A stretch of 64,000 nucleotides of DNA from a virus. The notes under the pieces were generated by a model. That model ran no database searches. It had not been told where the DNA came from and was given only the letters and a program-made list of their open reading frames with translations. Shown one piece after another: positions 10,144 to 20,205 of this stretch; position 1 is the stretch's first letter; each line of letters begins with the position of its first letter. The stretch is taken from positions 21,717-85,716 of the IMG/VR virus record IMGVR_UViG_3300034073_003245; one strand, 5' to 3'. The position numbers and the translations under genes were made by a program.

Positions 10144-11348
10144 CAGATATCAACAGACGTAAGGGCAACAGTGACATTCTGAAATGGCATGTATGGAAGT
10201 GTCCCCTTTTTGGGGAAATCAACTGAAGATGCACCGCTTGATGAATTTCCATCTTCGCTGGTTACTGATATTGATGGAACAAAAATAACGCCAGGAACAG
10301 AAGAAGCGAGAGCATAAAATTCCGACATTTTTATTGAATCAGTAAATCTATAGTTTTCTGGCGAAAAGTATTGAGATATTACAGACTGCAAATTTTCTTC
10401 AACTATTGTCGCTTCGTATTCCGATGAATACCCGGCCTCAATAACAAGACTCAACTCTGCAAGAGTTACCGGATTTACGCCAACCTCAAGGCCGGCAACT
10501 GTCCTTGCCTGGATTGCTAAAAGAAGATCAACCTTTTCATCTTCTGTTGGAAGTCTCCCAATCCCGTAGACATAAACCGTGACGTGGCCAACTTCCGCTG
10601 GTGTTTCCCACAATTGATCCCCAGCAGGATCCGTAAGGTCATATGTTTTACATCTAGAAACAGTTTCTGTGAACTGAGAAAGAGCAAAACCATCAATTTG
10701 ACTTGCTCTTGCAAAAGAAGAAGATAGCGAGCCTAAATATTGAACCGCCCTTTCAAGATACTCATCGGATGTTTCTGGATTAGAGCCATATGTAAGGATT
10801 GAATCAAGTGTTGCGGAAACAATGTTAGAAGTTGGTGTGTCAATTGAAAATTCAAGACCTTGCCCTATTGGGAGAATTACACCAACATCAAGTGCTCGGC
10901 ATTCAATGGTTGTAGAAGGAAGCGGTTCTGTTCCGGTATATGTAACGGGATCAATAATTCCTTCTTCTGCTGTTTCAAAATATATTGAAATCGGTTGTCC
11001 AAGATTTTCATAGTCGTATCTAATGACCGTTCCAGCAGGAATAGAAGTTCCGTCATAGTCAATGCATGTAAAAACTACGTCAATAGTTGCTCTTGCGCCC
11101 TCGTTTGCCGTTACCCCCATCATCCCGAGAATGCCCGACATTAAACGGTCTGGCAACCTGTTGATCGCCGCAATATTCAGGGATGAAATATAGGAAATCG
11201 CCTGAAGTATGGCGTCTTCTGGGGTTCCCTGGCGCAATTGAAATTCAGGCAAAGCAAGACGCCCGTATTCAATGGCATCAAAATAAATGTCGGTTGGAGA
11301 TACGTCAAAGTCTCTCAGTGTTACATATCTTGAAAAATCATACGGCAT
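10143..11348 (-). CDS. baseplate J-like protein
   Basis: G..ARATI.V.FT, IPAGT, GSNPETSDEYLER and SVPGV motifs; synteny. Confidence 0.8.
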   Translation of the reverse strand: MPYDFSRYVTLRDFDVSPTDIYFDAIEYGRLALPEFQLRQGTPEDAILQAISYISSLNIAAINRLPDRLMSGILGMMGVTANEGARATIDVVFTCIDYDGTSIPAGTVIRYDYENLGQPISIYFETAEEGIIDPVTYTGTEPLPSTTIECRALDVGVILPIGQGLEFSIDTPTSNIVSATLDSILTYGSNPETSDEYLERAVQYLGSLSSSFARASQIDGFALSQFTETVSRCKTYDLTDPAGDQLWETPAEVGHVTVYVYGIGRLPTEDEKVDLLLAIQARTVAGLEVGVNPVTLAELSLVIEAGYSSEYEATIVEENLQSVISQYFSPENYRFTDSIKMSEFYALASSVPGVIFVPSISVTSEDGNSSSGASSVDFPKKGTLPYMPFQNVTVALTSVDI

Positions 11349-11653
11349 TAACGATCACCAACTATCTTGAAGGAAAATTCAACGCTCAATGACCCGCTTA
11401 CTGGCTCTTTTGAGGGGACAATTGATGTTATCTCAACTTCTGGAACATATTTAGCCGCATTGAGAATAAAATCAGCAGGTTCAACTGGCATGAATGATGG
11501 ATCCAAAACTCCAAAGTCGGGCGTAATCGGATTTTCTCCCGGCTCTGTCAGTAGGGAGATTGTTAACATTTGTTTGTAATAATCGTATGTACCATCTGTG
11601 AGTTTGGCTATTCCTGTAGTGTCAAACTTTAATGGAAATTCAAGTGAGTCCAT
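11348..11653 (-). CDS. baseplate wedge gp25/gpW-like protein
   Basis: LLTEPGENPITPDFG motif characteristic of the gp25/W family. Confidence 0.8.
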   Translation of the reverse strand: MDSLEFPLKFDTTGIAKLTDGTYDYYKQMLTISLLTEPGENPITPDFGVLDPSFMPVEPADFILNAAKYVPEVEITSIVPSKEPVSGSLSVEFSFKIVGDR

Positions 11654-11670
11654 TTTCTTATTATCTCACA

Positions 11671-11985
11671 TTATCCGAACACTTGTGTTGCGATTATTGA
11701 ACTTGCGCTCAAGTCTCCGTCATCTGCGGATGGATTTGCCTCACCCATGACATACATTTCCGTATTAGAGGCATTTGTGTATGCGCAAAGCACTTGTGTG
11801 CCGACTGCCAATGGTTTGCCTAGCCTCGCATTTAAAACCCGCAGTGGGCCCACTGTCACCCCAAGTTTGGGAATGGTTACAAATGGTCTTTCTTGTTGGT
11901 TAACTGCTTTAACAATTCCAACATATATTCCTCCAGGAGGAGTCGGATGTTGTGATGCTTTTGATCTGTTGATGATGTTAGCCAA
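11671..11985 (-). CDS. baseplate spike (gpV-like OB-fold), short
   Basis: GIYVGIV...V.IP.LG...VGTQVLCAY pattern; position between hub and gp25. Confidence 0.6.
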   Translation of the reverse strand: MANIINRSKASQHPTPPGGIYVGIVKAVNQQERPFVTIPKLGVTVGPLRVLNARLGKPLAVGTQVLCAYTNASNTEMYVMGEANPSADDGDLSASSIIATQVFG

Positions 11986-13657
11986 TTGAGCACCTACCTA
12001 TGTTTACAGCGATTGCATCGTCAACTTGTCCCTTGACAATTTTTTTATAAGATTTAGGAAAACGTTTTTTTAAAACTTCATCTTGTATTGCGTAAAGGAT
12101 ATTATTGTAAAATTTTGCACCTAATTGAGATTCAAAAATTCCATGATGCAGCGCCGAGTTGTAATACAGGCTTTCTGCGTCTTCTGGAGAACCGAGCAAC
12201 GGCGCACCATCGGCGCATGACAGCATTTCACCAATTACATATACGTTATTTTCTGCATCATAGAATATATGCGTGCTGATTGTAATTATTTGTTTACCGC
12301 CAATATTGTTTTGGATATATAGCGGCCTGTTGTAGATGTCAATATTCCCAAATTCAACCATATCTGCAATAGCATTAAGCGCTTCCTGCAAAGAAACTCC
12401 ACCTGGAACAAGTTTTCTTATTGCATTAGAGTTCACAAAATTTAAAACGTGGGGATAATAATCAGGTCTTCTTGAGTTTGGAAGTTTAACCATAGACAAT
12501 TGGCCGTCTGGAGAAAGTGTAGTTCCCGGTATTGCCCCAGTTGGGAGTATTTCTGCCCTAGTGACTTCGCCTATTGCGCTGGCGCCATAAATTGGTCTTT
12601 GTATTTTGTACTGAGATTCAAATATCTGACCCACTGGTAGTTGTGGGATATCCGGCTCTTTGCCGTCTTCTTTTCTCAAACGTTCAGGCGTTCTGAATTC
12701 AACACCAACCGGATCGGTTGTCTGCTCGGAAAAGTTAACTGCTGTTATTAAATAATATCCAGACATATTCGGAATATTTTTAATGCGTATTGTCATTCCC
12801 GGTCTTAACTGGACTCCGTTTTGGCGAGATACCTGAAGAGAGCCAGACGCCTCCATCGGGTCGTTTTCATTTCGCGATATTTGCGGAAGAGACATGACCT
12901 CAAATGCCGAAGGGTTTGCCGTATAGCCCACATAATCCATAGGTATGTAATATTTATTTGGATATAGTTCCGGTTTTTTTGTTTTTGGATTAATAATTGG
13001 CTTACCTTTTTTGTCCTTCTTTTGCTTGCCCTTTAGGACCTCCGTACCCCATCTATAAAGAAGCCATTCTTGTGTACCAAAGTACAAAACTCCATCTTGC
13101 ACAAAAAGCATGTACTGAGACTCATCTGCAATGCTCTTGATGACATTCCAAACAGAGTCAGATTGACCATCTCCAGAGTTTTTGCTTGAATGCTTGATTC
13201 TTGAACTTTTTTCTCCAACAAACTGGAGACCGTATCTTCTGGCTGCTTTTTGAACATAGGAATAACCAGAGCCACTAATTGCTTCAGGTTTTTTATCTCG
13301 CTTCATTTGCTGAACGGCTTTGGGCATGGCCTCAACAGACCAAATAGGCGAAGAACTATTTTGCTGCGAAACAGAAACCTGGCTTATTTCGTATATGTGT
13401 CGTATTCTTGTGACTATTGGAGAATCGTCACCCAAAACTCTTATTTTGTCTATTGAGGTTGTCTCATACACAACGTCAACTCCTACTTGGAAGTAGTTAT
13501 TTACGCCCATTACAAAACCTGGGTCAATAACAGAAAAAGAAAGTTGATTAGCCATATCCATTGAATAACTAACATTTATATTCAAAAGATTTGATGCTAT
13601 AGACGCCATCTGCGCTCTTGACAGATATCCAATCTGTAGAGACTCTCCCGTAAACAT
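11978..13657 (-). CDS. baseplate hub (gpD/gp27-like)
   Basis: SYSMDMANQLSFSVIDP, SVWNVIKSIA...FVQDGVLYFG and LRPGMTI.I...SGYYLITAV; synteny. Confidence 0.65.
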   Translation of the reverse strand: MFTGESLQIGYLSRAQMASIASNLLNINVSYSMDMANQLSFSVIDPGFVMGVNNYFQVGVDVVYETTSIDKIRVLGDDSPIVTRIRHIYEISQVSVSQQNSSSPIWSVEAMPKAVQQMKRDKKPEAISGSGYSYVQKAARRYGLQFVGEKSSRIKHSSKNSGDGQSDSVWNVIKSIADESQYMLFVQDGVLYFGTQEWLLYRWGTEVLKGKQKKDKKGKPIINPKTKKPELYPNKYYIPMDYVGYTANPSAFEVMSLPQISRNENDPMEASGSLQVSRQNGVQLRPGMTIRIKNIPNMSGYYLITAVNFSEQTTDPVGVEFRTPERLRKEDGKEPDIPQLPVGQIFESQYKIQRPIYGASAIGEVTRAEILPTGAIPGTTLSPDGQLSMVKLPNSRRPDYYPHVLNFVNSNAIRKLVPGGVSLQEALNAIADMVEFGNIDIYNRPLYIQNNIGGKQIITISTHIFYDAENNVYVIGEMLSCADGAPLLGSPEDAESLYYNSALHHGIFESQLGAKFYNNILYAIQDEVLKKRFPKSYKKIVKGQVDDAIAVNIGRCSIG

Positions 13658-13660
13658 CGT

Positions 13661-15211
13661 TTAACCTTTTGGTTGCGGATATGCAATAGAAGAAACGGTT
13701 GGGACAAAAGTGTAGGTATTTGTCCACAAGTCTCTTTGCGGATCTGTTTTTGGTGGCGGACAACATTCAGGCTTGCCGCTTCCTGGCCTTAATTTTGGAA
13801 TGCGAATAATGTCTCTTGCTATTATTGGGTACTCATTTAGTGTGATGGACACTTCAGCCGCCGCTATTTCCTTGCCATTCGGAGTAAGTCTGTTCGCGAC
13901 AATAGACATGTCAGCGATTACCCAACTAATTCCACCTGCTTTTTGCAAAAATGGGTATCTAAAAGTATTTGTCAGAAGCGTATTCATGTTATAAATTCTG
14001 ATCGGGCTAGGGGCGGCAGCCATGCTTCTTATGTTGTCAATTTGTTCGTCAATTGAAACATCAATACCGTCATTCAATGGTTGACCACTGAAAAATCCAG
14101 GGCCGAAAGCGGTTGTCCGTGTTCCGGTCACCAAAAACCTAAACGAAACTTTTGTTAGGTTGTAATTTGACCAGTCAACATAAGGATAATTTCCACTTCT
14201 AGGAACTTCATTCCAGGTTGAGTTTAGTTGAGAAAATTCAAAAGAATTTGGTATCAACTCAAATGCGTGCCGCCTAACGATGTCTGTTCTTGTAGATGAC
14301 GTAGCGCCAGTTCTTTCATAAACAGAAAATTTTTGCTCCATATAGGGAGCGGCGTTATTGTAGGCAATACCACTGTTAAAGTCTCTAGTATTTATTTGGA
14401 CGGTAACTGTGGACTTGGACGATGGAGTTTGGTTATTTTTTCTGTTGTCACCGCGCCTCTGGCTTGATCCTGTTGATGGGGTGTTGGTTGATGGGTTGCT
14501 TGAACCAGAAGAACCGCTAGACCACCCCTCAAACTCTCTCGGCACTCTATATTTGTCGCCAGGGTCAAAGCCCTCAAACTCCCTAACACCGCTTGGCCGC
14601 CCGGGATCAAAGCCTTCAAATTCGCGAGGTGTTGTGTATTTTTTCCCGTAGAAATTATCCCAAGCCTCATTTGATTTGCCAAGTTCTTCAAGGAAATCTT
14701 TGTCTACGCCAGGCTGATCTACAGTCGGAGGAACAATTCTTGATGGGGCGTCTGTAGTTCCACCAGAGGTTATTTCATCAATTTCTAGAGATGAAAGACG
14801 GATAAAAACAAAGTTTCCCCAAGCCTTTGAATTATCAAGCCTTGTTCTTTCAAGTTTATCTTTTACAAGATTATCTTCGTACTCTATTTTGGCGCCGGAA
14901 ATTGTTCTAACGGTAAATTTTTCATTTGACTTCCCCGGTTTTCCGGTTTTAACCCAAATGTACTGCCCTGCGCCAAGAACTGGTTTTCCATCAAGCCCAT
15001 CATTTACGATCTTTTCCCATATTGGAAAATTTTTTGTTTTTTCATTAGTACAGCGATAAACAACAAGGCCTGCATTCTGCTCGGCTACTTGCACGATCAT
15101 TCCAGGTCGCTGTTTTTCAAAAACATTATTTTGGCGCTCATATGAAAGACCGCCACTAGGGTGCGCCCGGATCGGGTTCTTGAATGTTCCGTTTTCCCGT
15201 GAGGTTGCCAT
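13661..15211 (-). CDS. tail tube initiator (gpU-like C-terminal domain) with N-terminal extension
   Basis: C-terminal WNEVPRSG...WVIADMSI...AEVSITLNEY pattern; directly follows the tape measure gene. Confidence 0.55.
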   Translation of the reverse strand: MATSRENGTFKNPIRAHPSGGLSYERQNNVFEKQRPGMIVQVAEQNAGLVVYRCTNEKTKNFPIWEKIVNDGLDGKPVLGAGQYIWVKTGKPGKSNEKFTVRTISGAKIEYEDNLVKDKLERTRLDNSKAWGNFVFIRLSSLEIDEITSGGTTDAPSRIVPPTVDQPGVDKDFLEELGKSNEAWDNFYGKKYTTPREFEGFDPGRPSGVREFEGFDPGDKYRVPREFEGWSSGSSGSSNPSTNTPSTGSSQRRGDNRKNNQTPSSKSTVTVQINTRDFNSGIAYNNAAPYMEQKFSVYERTGATSSTRTDIVRRHAFELIPNSFEFSQLNSTWNEVPRSGNYPYVDWSNYNLTKVSFRFLVTGTRTTAFGPGFFSGQPLNDGIDVSIDEQIDNIRSMAAAPSPIRIYNMNTLLTNTFRYPFLQKAGGISWVIADMSIVANRLTPNGKEIAAAEVSITLNEYPIIARDIIRIPKLRPGSGKPECCPPPKTDPQRDLWTNTYTFVPTVSSIAYPQPKG

Positions 15212-18200
15212 TACGACCTGTCTCTCTTCTGGCGCTCAATGTCCTTGACTTTTTGAAAAACCATTTCTGCAATTTCATTGGCAGACGCATTTGCGTTACC
15301 AGAAATATAGAAGTTGTAGTTGTTTCCGCCACCACTGCCCATGGTTAGTGGTTGGCGCGATGCCATTTGACCAACTGGAGTTGCAGAGTCTCCAATCCCC
15401 GGTCCTGGAACAACATGGAGATGTCTCGCTCCGCCTATGCCGTGGAACTCTGCAAACCCGCCACCAGCCCTAACTAGGGTTTGATACTGCCCTAGGTTTT
15501 GCCCAACTAAATCGTACGCTCTTCCGGTTACGTGGTCTGAGTTTATTGAACCAAGACCGTAGTTTCTAAAGGATGACGTGACCGTCCGTTTGCCAGTAAG
15601 CATTCCATCCATTGCTGAATGTCTTCCCATAGTCTGTGCAAGTTTGCTAGAAGTTGTGTCGCCAATTCTTGAGCCGCGAGGCGTGGGAGTGTCTTCTGTT
15701 TCAAGAAGTTTCTTGAAAGACTCCTTCGTATACCAGGACGGAACTTGTTCTTGCTGGGAAGTATAAAACTCTTTCATCTTGTTGATAAGTTCAGTTGTCT
15801 TGTTGGCCATCTCCTGTGGAAGATCTTCTAGTTTTGTTGCTTCGCTGGATGGCTTATCAAGGGCTGTCATCTTTAGACCACCAAGACCGAGAGACGTCAA
15901 GTATTCACCCATCCTGAGTGAACCCTGGTTAAAGCCGCCAATTGAAGCCTGCGCAATTTTTGCCAACTGCTCAGGGCTCATCTTCATGATCCGTTGATTT
16001 ACCTCTTCGGCATTGAGTGTTTGGCCACTCTTGCCTAGAAGCAGAGTGTTTAGTTGTCCAGATATCTGGCCGGCAAATTGCGGAAGAACCGCTTTTTGAT
16101 ATTCAACAAACGCAGGATTTTCGTAGAACTTTTGGTCGGCCATTCCCTCAAAAGCGCCGCCTTTTTGATATGCGGTGCCGCCCTTTTGGAACGAAAGCAT
16201 TGTCTGGGCAAGAGCCATTCCCGGATCGCCGTAGTATGCAATATTTTGCTCAATAATATCTCTAATAAATTTTGTTTTGTCTTTTTCCGATGCCTGACCA
16301 CCACTCGTTGAATCAACAAGATCTCTAAAGGCTCTTGCTGTTTCGTTAAGAATTTCTGGCGCCTCAAGTCTCTTGAGGTTCTCGTCAAAAATACTCAAGT
16401 TGTCAACCAAAATATTATTCAGAGAAGTTTTCATTTGCTCTGTAGTTTTCATGGTCGTTAGACCGAGTTCTTTCATGATCTCAATAGAACTCTTGGTTGC
16501 GTCATACAGGTTGACATTCATTGACTTGGCAAGTTCGTTAATTTCCCTGTCTGACTTGCCGGTTATGCGATTGAGGTCATCCATCCTCTTGTTGTACTTT
16601 TCCTGCAGAGGGCCCATAGCCTGCTCAGTAAGTTCCATGTCTTTTTTCATTGTTTTTAGAAATTCGCCAGGCTTTTTTAGGTTTTCCTCAAGTTCTTTTG
16701 AAGACATTTCAACGCCAAGTTGTTTTTGCAAAGAAAAAATTTGCTTGACTGTTTTTTCCTGGTCTGCCCTGTATGAAGGTATTTCCCCAATAACTTCCTG
16801 AACCCTTCTTTGCCTCTCTTGAAGATTTTTAAACACATCTCTAACTGCGGTGCGACCAGAGCCGCTTTCTTTTGCGACAGAATCAAAAATGCCACTCAAT
16901 GTTGTATTGAGTATCTCGTTTGTCATCTCTGTTGCGTTTTTACGGGCCTGTTTTGCTTCTGCTCGTTTTTTATTGAGATTTCCCGCAATAGCACCAACCA
17001 CACCGCCAACTACTGCTCCAACTGCCGCACCAACAGGACCACCCATCATCGCGCCAAGTGCCGCGCCTCCGCCTATTCCAGAAAGGGCTCCCCCAGCAGA
17101 AGTTTTTGCTGTAAGAGCAGTGCCGCCAAGACCAACAGCCAGGCCAGCAAGTGGGTTCATCATTCCCACCATTCCACCAAGGGCGAGCGCGCCCTGCGCT
17201 TCCTGTGGAGCGATCATTGATAGAGCAGATAGGCCCATTGAGGCTCCCATCTTCCCGCTCATTGAGCCCTGGAATTTGCCCATTCTTTTTCCAAATTTTC
17301 CTTCAGATCTTTGTCTTCTTAGGAAACTGGCAGTCCTTTGACGCCTTGTGTCCTTAAAGTCTTTTCCTCCAGGCGTGTCATCGTAGTCAACGCTTTGGTT
17401 ATAAAACCATTGCCCTATTCTGTTAAAGCGTGCTGCTCTGCCAGGAAGATTAACTCTGTAGTTTGGATCACCCGTGTACCATCTTCTGTTTACTGGACTT
17501 GTCGGCCCGGCTGGAATGCTTGGGGTTGGAAGCACAAACCCGCCCGGCCCTCCCGGCCCGCCTGGTCCACCCGGCCCGCCACCTGGTGCAATAATGATTG
17601 GTGCGCCTCCAGTTGACATCATGCCTCTTGATGACATGCCACCACCGCCGCCTGGGGTAATAACTTGGCCCCTGTTGAGCGCAGCCATTGTTGTGCCAAG
17701 GTTTCTTCCGCCAGCGACTGGTGTTGCTGGAGCACCGCGAGCCCCAATTCCGCCTATATTTACATTGTTGGCATTGACGTTCATGTTCCTGACGTTTTCT
17801 GAGGCGATAAAACCACCCTTGGTGTTTTTCGCTTTTTGAAGACCGGTTCTCATGAGGGCAAATGTTGCGAATGCCCCAAACGCTCCACCCCCGGTCAGGC
17901 CCTGAAGGCCTTTGACCATTGATGTAATAGCGCCAACGATTGCCGTTAGACCCGAGAGAACATCGTTAATAAACGGAAGCATTCTCTGGAAGAGTTTTGT
18001 CATCTCTCCCTGGAATTCCATAATTTTTCCGATTAATTCACCGACACGATCACCAAACTCAAGAACAGTATCGCTGTTGTTCTGAAGCCATTGGTTGAAT
18101 TGGCCGAATCTTGACGAACCAACCGCCTTTACGTGAGCCCAAACTCGGCCAAACATTTTCTCAATAACTCTCGCTCCGTCAATGTAGGGACGGAGTGTGT

Positions 18201-19410
18201 CCAGCATCTTGTTCCAGCCATAAGTGAATCTGTCCCACCAGTCGGACATTCTCTGGAAGATTCCCTCTGCTTCGTGGAGGTTATTGTTAATAAAATCTGT
18301 TAAATATCTAACAACTTTGTCTGTTGCAGAAACTATTGATTCCAGCATTGATCCCATGCCGAATCTCTGGGTGCTTGCAGAAATTCTTACAAAACCCCTA
18401 CGCAAAATATTAAATATATCGTATGCAGCCTGTTTCATTGGCTCAAGAAGAGGCTGACCCAAATCTGCAAGTTGATTTCTTAGAATATTAAAATACCCTT
18501 TGATTCTGTTCATGAGCGTTCCAGAAACGGCATCAAACTGGCCTTCAACTCCGGCGGCTTTTGCAAGTTCTCCACTAGTGATTGCTTGTTCAAGTTCTTT
18601 CTTTGTGTCAATACCAAGTTTTTTCATTGCCTTTTTCATGGCTTCTTGATCCGGGAAAAGACCTTCGGCTGCAACTTTCGCTTCCGAGAAACCCTTCTTT
18701 GTGTCTTGGAGAATTGCAATAAGTTCTCCAGCCTTCTTCACACCCTCTTCAAGAGGCTGGCCAGCAGAGGCAAAGTCCATCAGCCCTTTTAGTGTATTTT
18801 GTGATCTTTGGTTAAACGTTGAAGTTTTAGAAACTGTCGCAAAAACAGTTCCAAGATTTTGCATACCAGCAGCGGCAAGATATGCATCAGACTGTAGTGC
18901 TCTTAGAGTTTGACGAGACTGGTTAAGACCTGGGCCAAATTCTCTTTTTTGCGTGTAGCGAAACGCAAACATTGCCGCTTCTTGTTCCCTCATGGCGGCA
19001 GCAGCGGCAGATAGACCTGCTGTGAATGCTGCCATACCGGCAGCAAGTGGGCCCATAGTTGAGCGCATTGCTTTCATGATCCAGTTGCCGGCGACAAACG
19101 ACGCATGGACGGCAATCATGGCTGCTGACATCAAGCCAAGTTCAAGAACCACTCCCTTTAGGGACAGGTTCATGGCCTTAAGGCCTATTGTTCCCATCAT
19201 CTTGACGGATTTGTCAAGAGCATCAAAATGTTTACGCCATTTGACAGATGACTGATTTAGTCTGTTCTGGGTCTGATTTAAGCGTCCTACGGTGTTGTTG
19301 AGCGCTCTTGTGCGACTGTCTAACTGCCGTATGTCTCTGTTGGCTGACCGGAATCCACGCCCATCATAACGAGAGTCTATTTTTAAGACTGTCTCTGCTG
19401 TGGCCGCCAT
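15211..19410 (-). CDS. tape measure protein with C-terminal M15-like metallopeptidase domain
   Basis: 1399 aa, Ala/Gly-rich hydrophobic segments, follows tail chaperones; C-terminal SDHVTGRAYD...HLHV motif. Confidence 0.88.
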   Translation of the reverse strand: MAATAETVLKIDSRYDGRGFRSANRDIRQLDSRTRALNNTVGRLNQTQNRLNQSSVKWRKHFDALDKSVKMMGTIGLKAMNLSLKGVVLELGLMSAAMIAVHASFVAGNWIMKAMRSTMGPLAAGMAAFTAGLSAAAAAMREQEAAMFAFRYTQKREFGPGLNQSRQTLRALQSDAYLAAAGMQNLGTVFATVSKTSTFNQRSQNTLKGLMDFASAGQPLEEGVKKAGELIAILQDTKKGFSEAKVAAEGLFPDQEAMKKAMKKLGIDTKKELEQAITSGELAKAAGVEGQFDAVSGTLMNRIKGYFNILRNQLADLGQPLLEPMKQAAYDIFNILRRGFVRISASTQRFGMGSMLESIVSATDKVVRYLTDFINNNLHEAEGIFQRMSDWWDRFTYGWNKMLDTLRPYIDGARVIEKMFGRVWAHVKAVGSSRFGQFNQWLQNNSDTVLEFGDRVGELIGKIMEFQGEMTKLFQRMLPFINDVLSGLTAIVGAITSMVKGLQGLTGGGAFGAFATFALMRTGLQKAKNTKGGFIASENVRNMNVNANNVNIGGIGARGAPATPVAGGRNLGTTMAALNRGQVITPGGGGGMSSRGMMSTGGAPIIIAPGGGPGGPGGPGGPGGFVLPTPSIPAGPTSPVNRRWYTGDPNYRVNLPGRAARFNRIGQWFYNQSVDYDDTPGGKDFKDTRRQRTASFLRRQRSEGKFGKRMGKFQGSMSGKMGASMGLSALSMIAPQEAQGALALGGMVGMMNPLAGLAVGLGGTALTAKTSAGGALSGIGGGAALGAMMGGPVGAAVGAVVGGVVGAIAGNLNKKRAEAKQARKNATEMTNEILNTTLSGIFDSVAKESGSGRTAVRDVFKNLQERQRRVQEVIGEIPSYRADQEKTVKQIFSLQKQLGVEMSSKELEENLKKPGEFLKTMKKDMELTEQAMGPLQEKYNKRMDDLNRITGKSDREINELAKSMNVNLYDATKSSIEIMKELGLTTMKTTEQMKTSLNNILVDNLSIFDENLKRLEAPEILNETARAFRDLVDSTSGGQASEKDKTKFIRDIIEQNIAYYGDPGMALAQTMLSFQKGGTAYQKGGAFEGMADQKFYENPAFVEYQKAVLPQFAGQISGQLNTLLLGKSGQTLNAEEVNQRIMKMSPEQLAKIAQASIGGFNQGSLRMGEYLTSLGLGGLKMTALDKPSSEATKLEDLPQEMANKTTELINKMKEFYTSQQEQVPSWYTKESFKKLLETEDTPTPRGSRIGDTTSSKLAQTMGRHSAMDGMLTGKRTVTSSFRNYGLGSINSDHVTGRAYDLVGQNLGQYQTLVRAGGGFAEFHGIGGARHLHVVPGPGIGDSATPVGQMASRQPLTMGSGGGNNYNFYISGNANASANEIAEMVFQKVKDIERQKRDRS

Positions 19411-19443
19411 ATAAACCCCGTCGCACTAATAGGTCGGGCGCGG

Positions 19444-19635
19444 TTACTGAGATGCCCGTTTTTCCTGTTCTTCGCGATCTTGTTGAATAACTTTAGCACA
19501 GGCAAGCCGAATTAACCATTCGTCTTCCGTGCAATTAAGCAGCGAAATAGGGTCTGTTCCGAACAATTCCCCCAACCTTGCGGCTGAGATTATTGAGGAG
19601 TCCTCAACTAGTTCGCTGAAGACTCCATCGTAGGG
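19444..19635 (-). CDS. tail assembly chaperone gpGT extension (-1 frameshift ORF)
   Basis: Not in ORF track. The -1 frame from CCC at 19635 reads PYDGVFSELVEDSSIISAARLGELFGTDPISLLNCTEDEWLIRLACAKVIQQDREEQEKRASQ to TAA; 12-bp hairpin at 19597..19626. Confidence 0.8.
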   Translation of the reverse strand, partial: PYDGVFSELVEDSSIISAARLGELFGTDPISLLNCTEDEWLIRLACAKVIQQDREEQEKRASQ

Positions 19636-20144
19636 TCCACGGTGTCAACTGTATCCGAGTATCCTGCTGCGTCAAGGATTGCGAGCGCGCCAGCCTCAAG
19701 ATGTGGATCAACGCCAAAAAATGCCCGAACAGCATCGGGAACAGGCTTTGTCGCATCCGTCATCTCCAGAACATCTGGTGAGGCAAAGTTGAGGGCATAG
19801 CCATCTTCGTCAAAGACCTCTTCACCGTCAATGCAAATGCCGACAGTCGTGTGGCCAATAACGAAACATGAGAACTTAGTGGCATCAAGACCGTTCTTTG
19901 AGTCCTCTCCACAAGCCTTACGCCAGTTCTTTAACTGATTCTGTGTGATATTTGGGCTGATTCTCAGTGAAACGCCAGGACGTTCTGGGACCTCAAGGCG
20001 CACAACAGGACGCTCAACTTTTTTCTGTATCGCTTCCTTGAGACGGCCGAGCATCGTGGGTTCTGTGGCTGTTTTTGAAGCCTTAGCCTTTGGCTGCTTC
20101 TCGTCTGCCGGCTCTTCTGCGTATAGGGACGTGTTATCTGTCAT
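19608..20144 (-). CDS. tail assembly chaperone (gpG-like)
   Basis: Lies between tube and tape measure; ends ...VDPTMESSAN with GAC CCT ACG shift site. Confidence 0.8.
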   Translation of the reverse strand: MTDNTSLYAEEPADEKQPKAKASKTATEPTMLGRLKEAIQKKVERPVVRLEVPERPGVSLRISPNITQNQLKNWRKACGEDSKNGLDATKFSCFVIGHTTVGICIDGEEVFDEDGYALNFASPDVLEMTDATKPVPDAVRAFFGVDPHLEAGALAILDAAGYSDTVDTVDPTMESSAN

Positions 20145-20150
20145 GCTGGC

Positions 20151-20159
20151 AGACTAGCA
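20151..20159 (-). promoter_or_regulatory. extended -10 promoter (TGcTAGTCT), likely leaderless transcript
   Basis: -10 hexamer ends 6 nt before ATG 20144; no SD. Confidence 0.5.
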
Positions 20160-20205
20160 CAAAGCGCGCAATAGCGTGCAACTAATTAGTAAATTGTTGT
20201 TTTAA

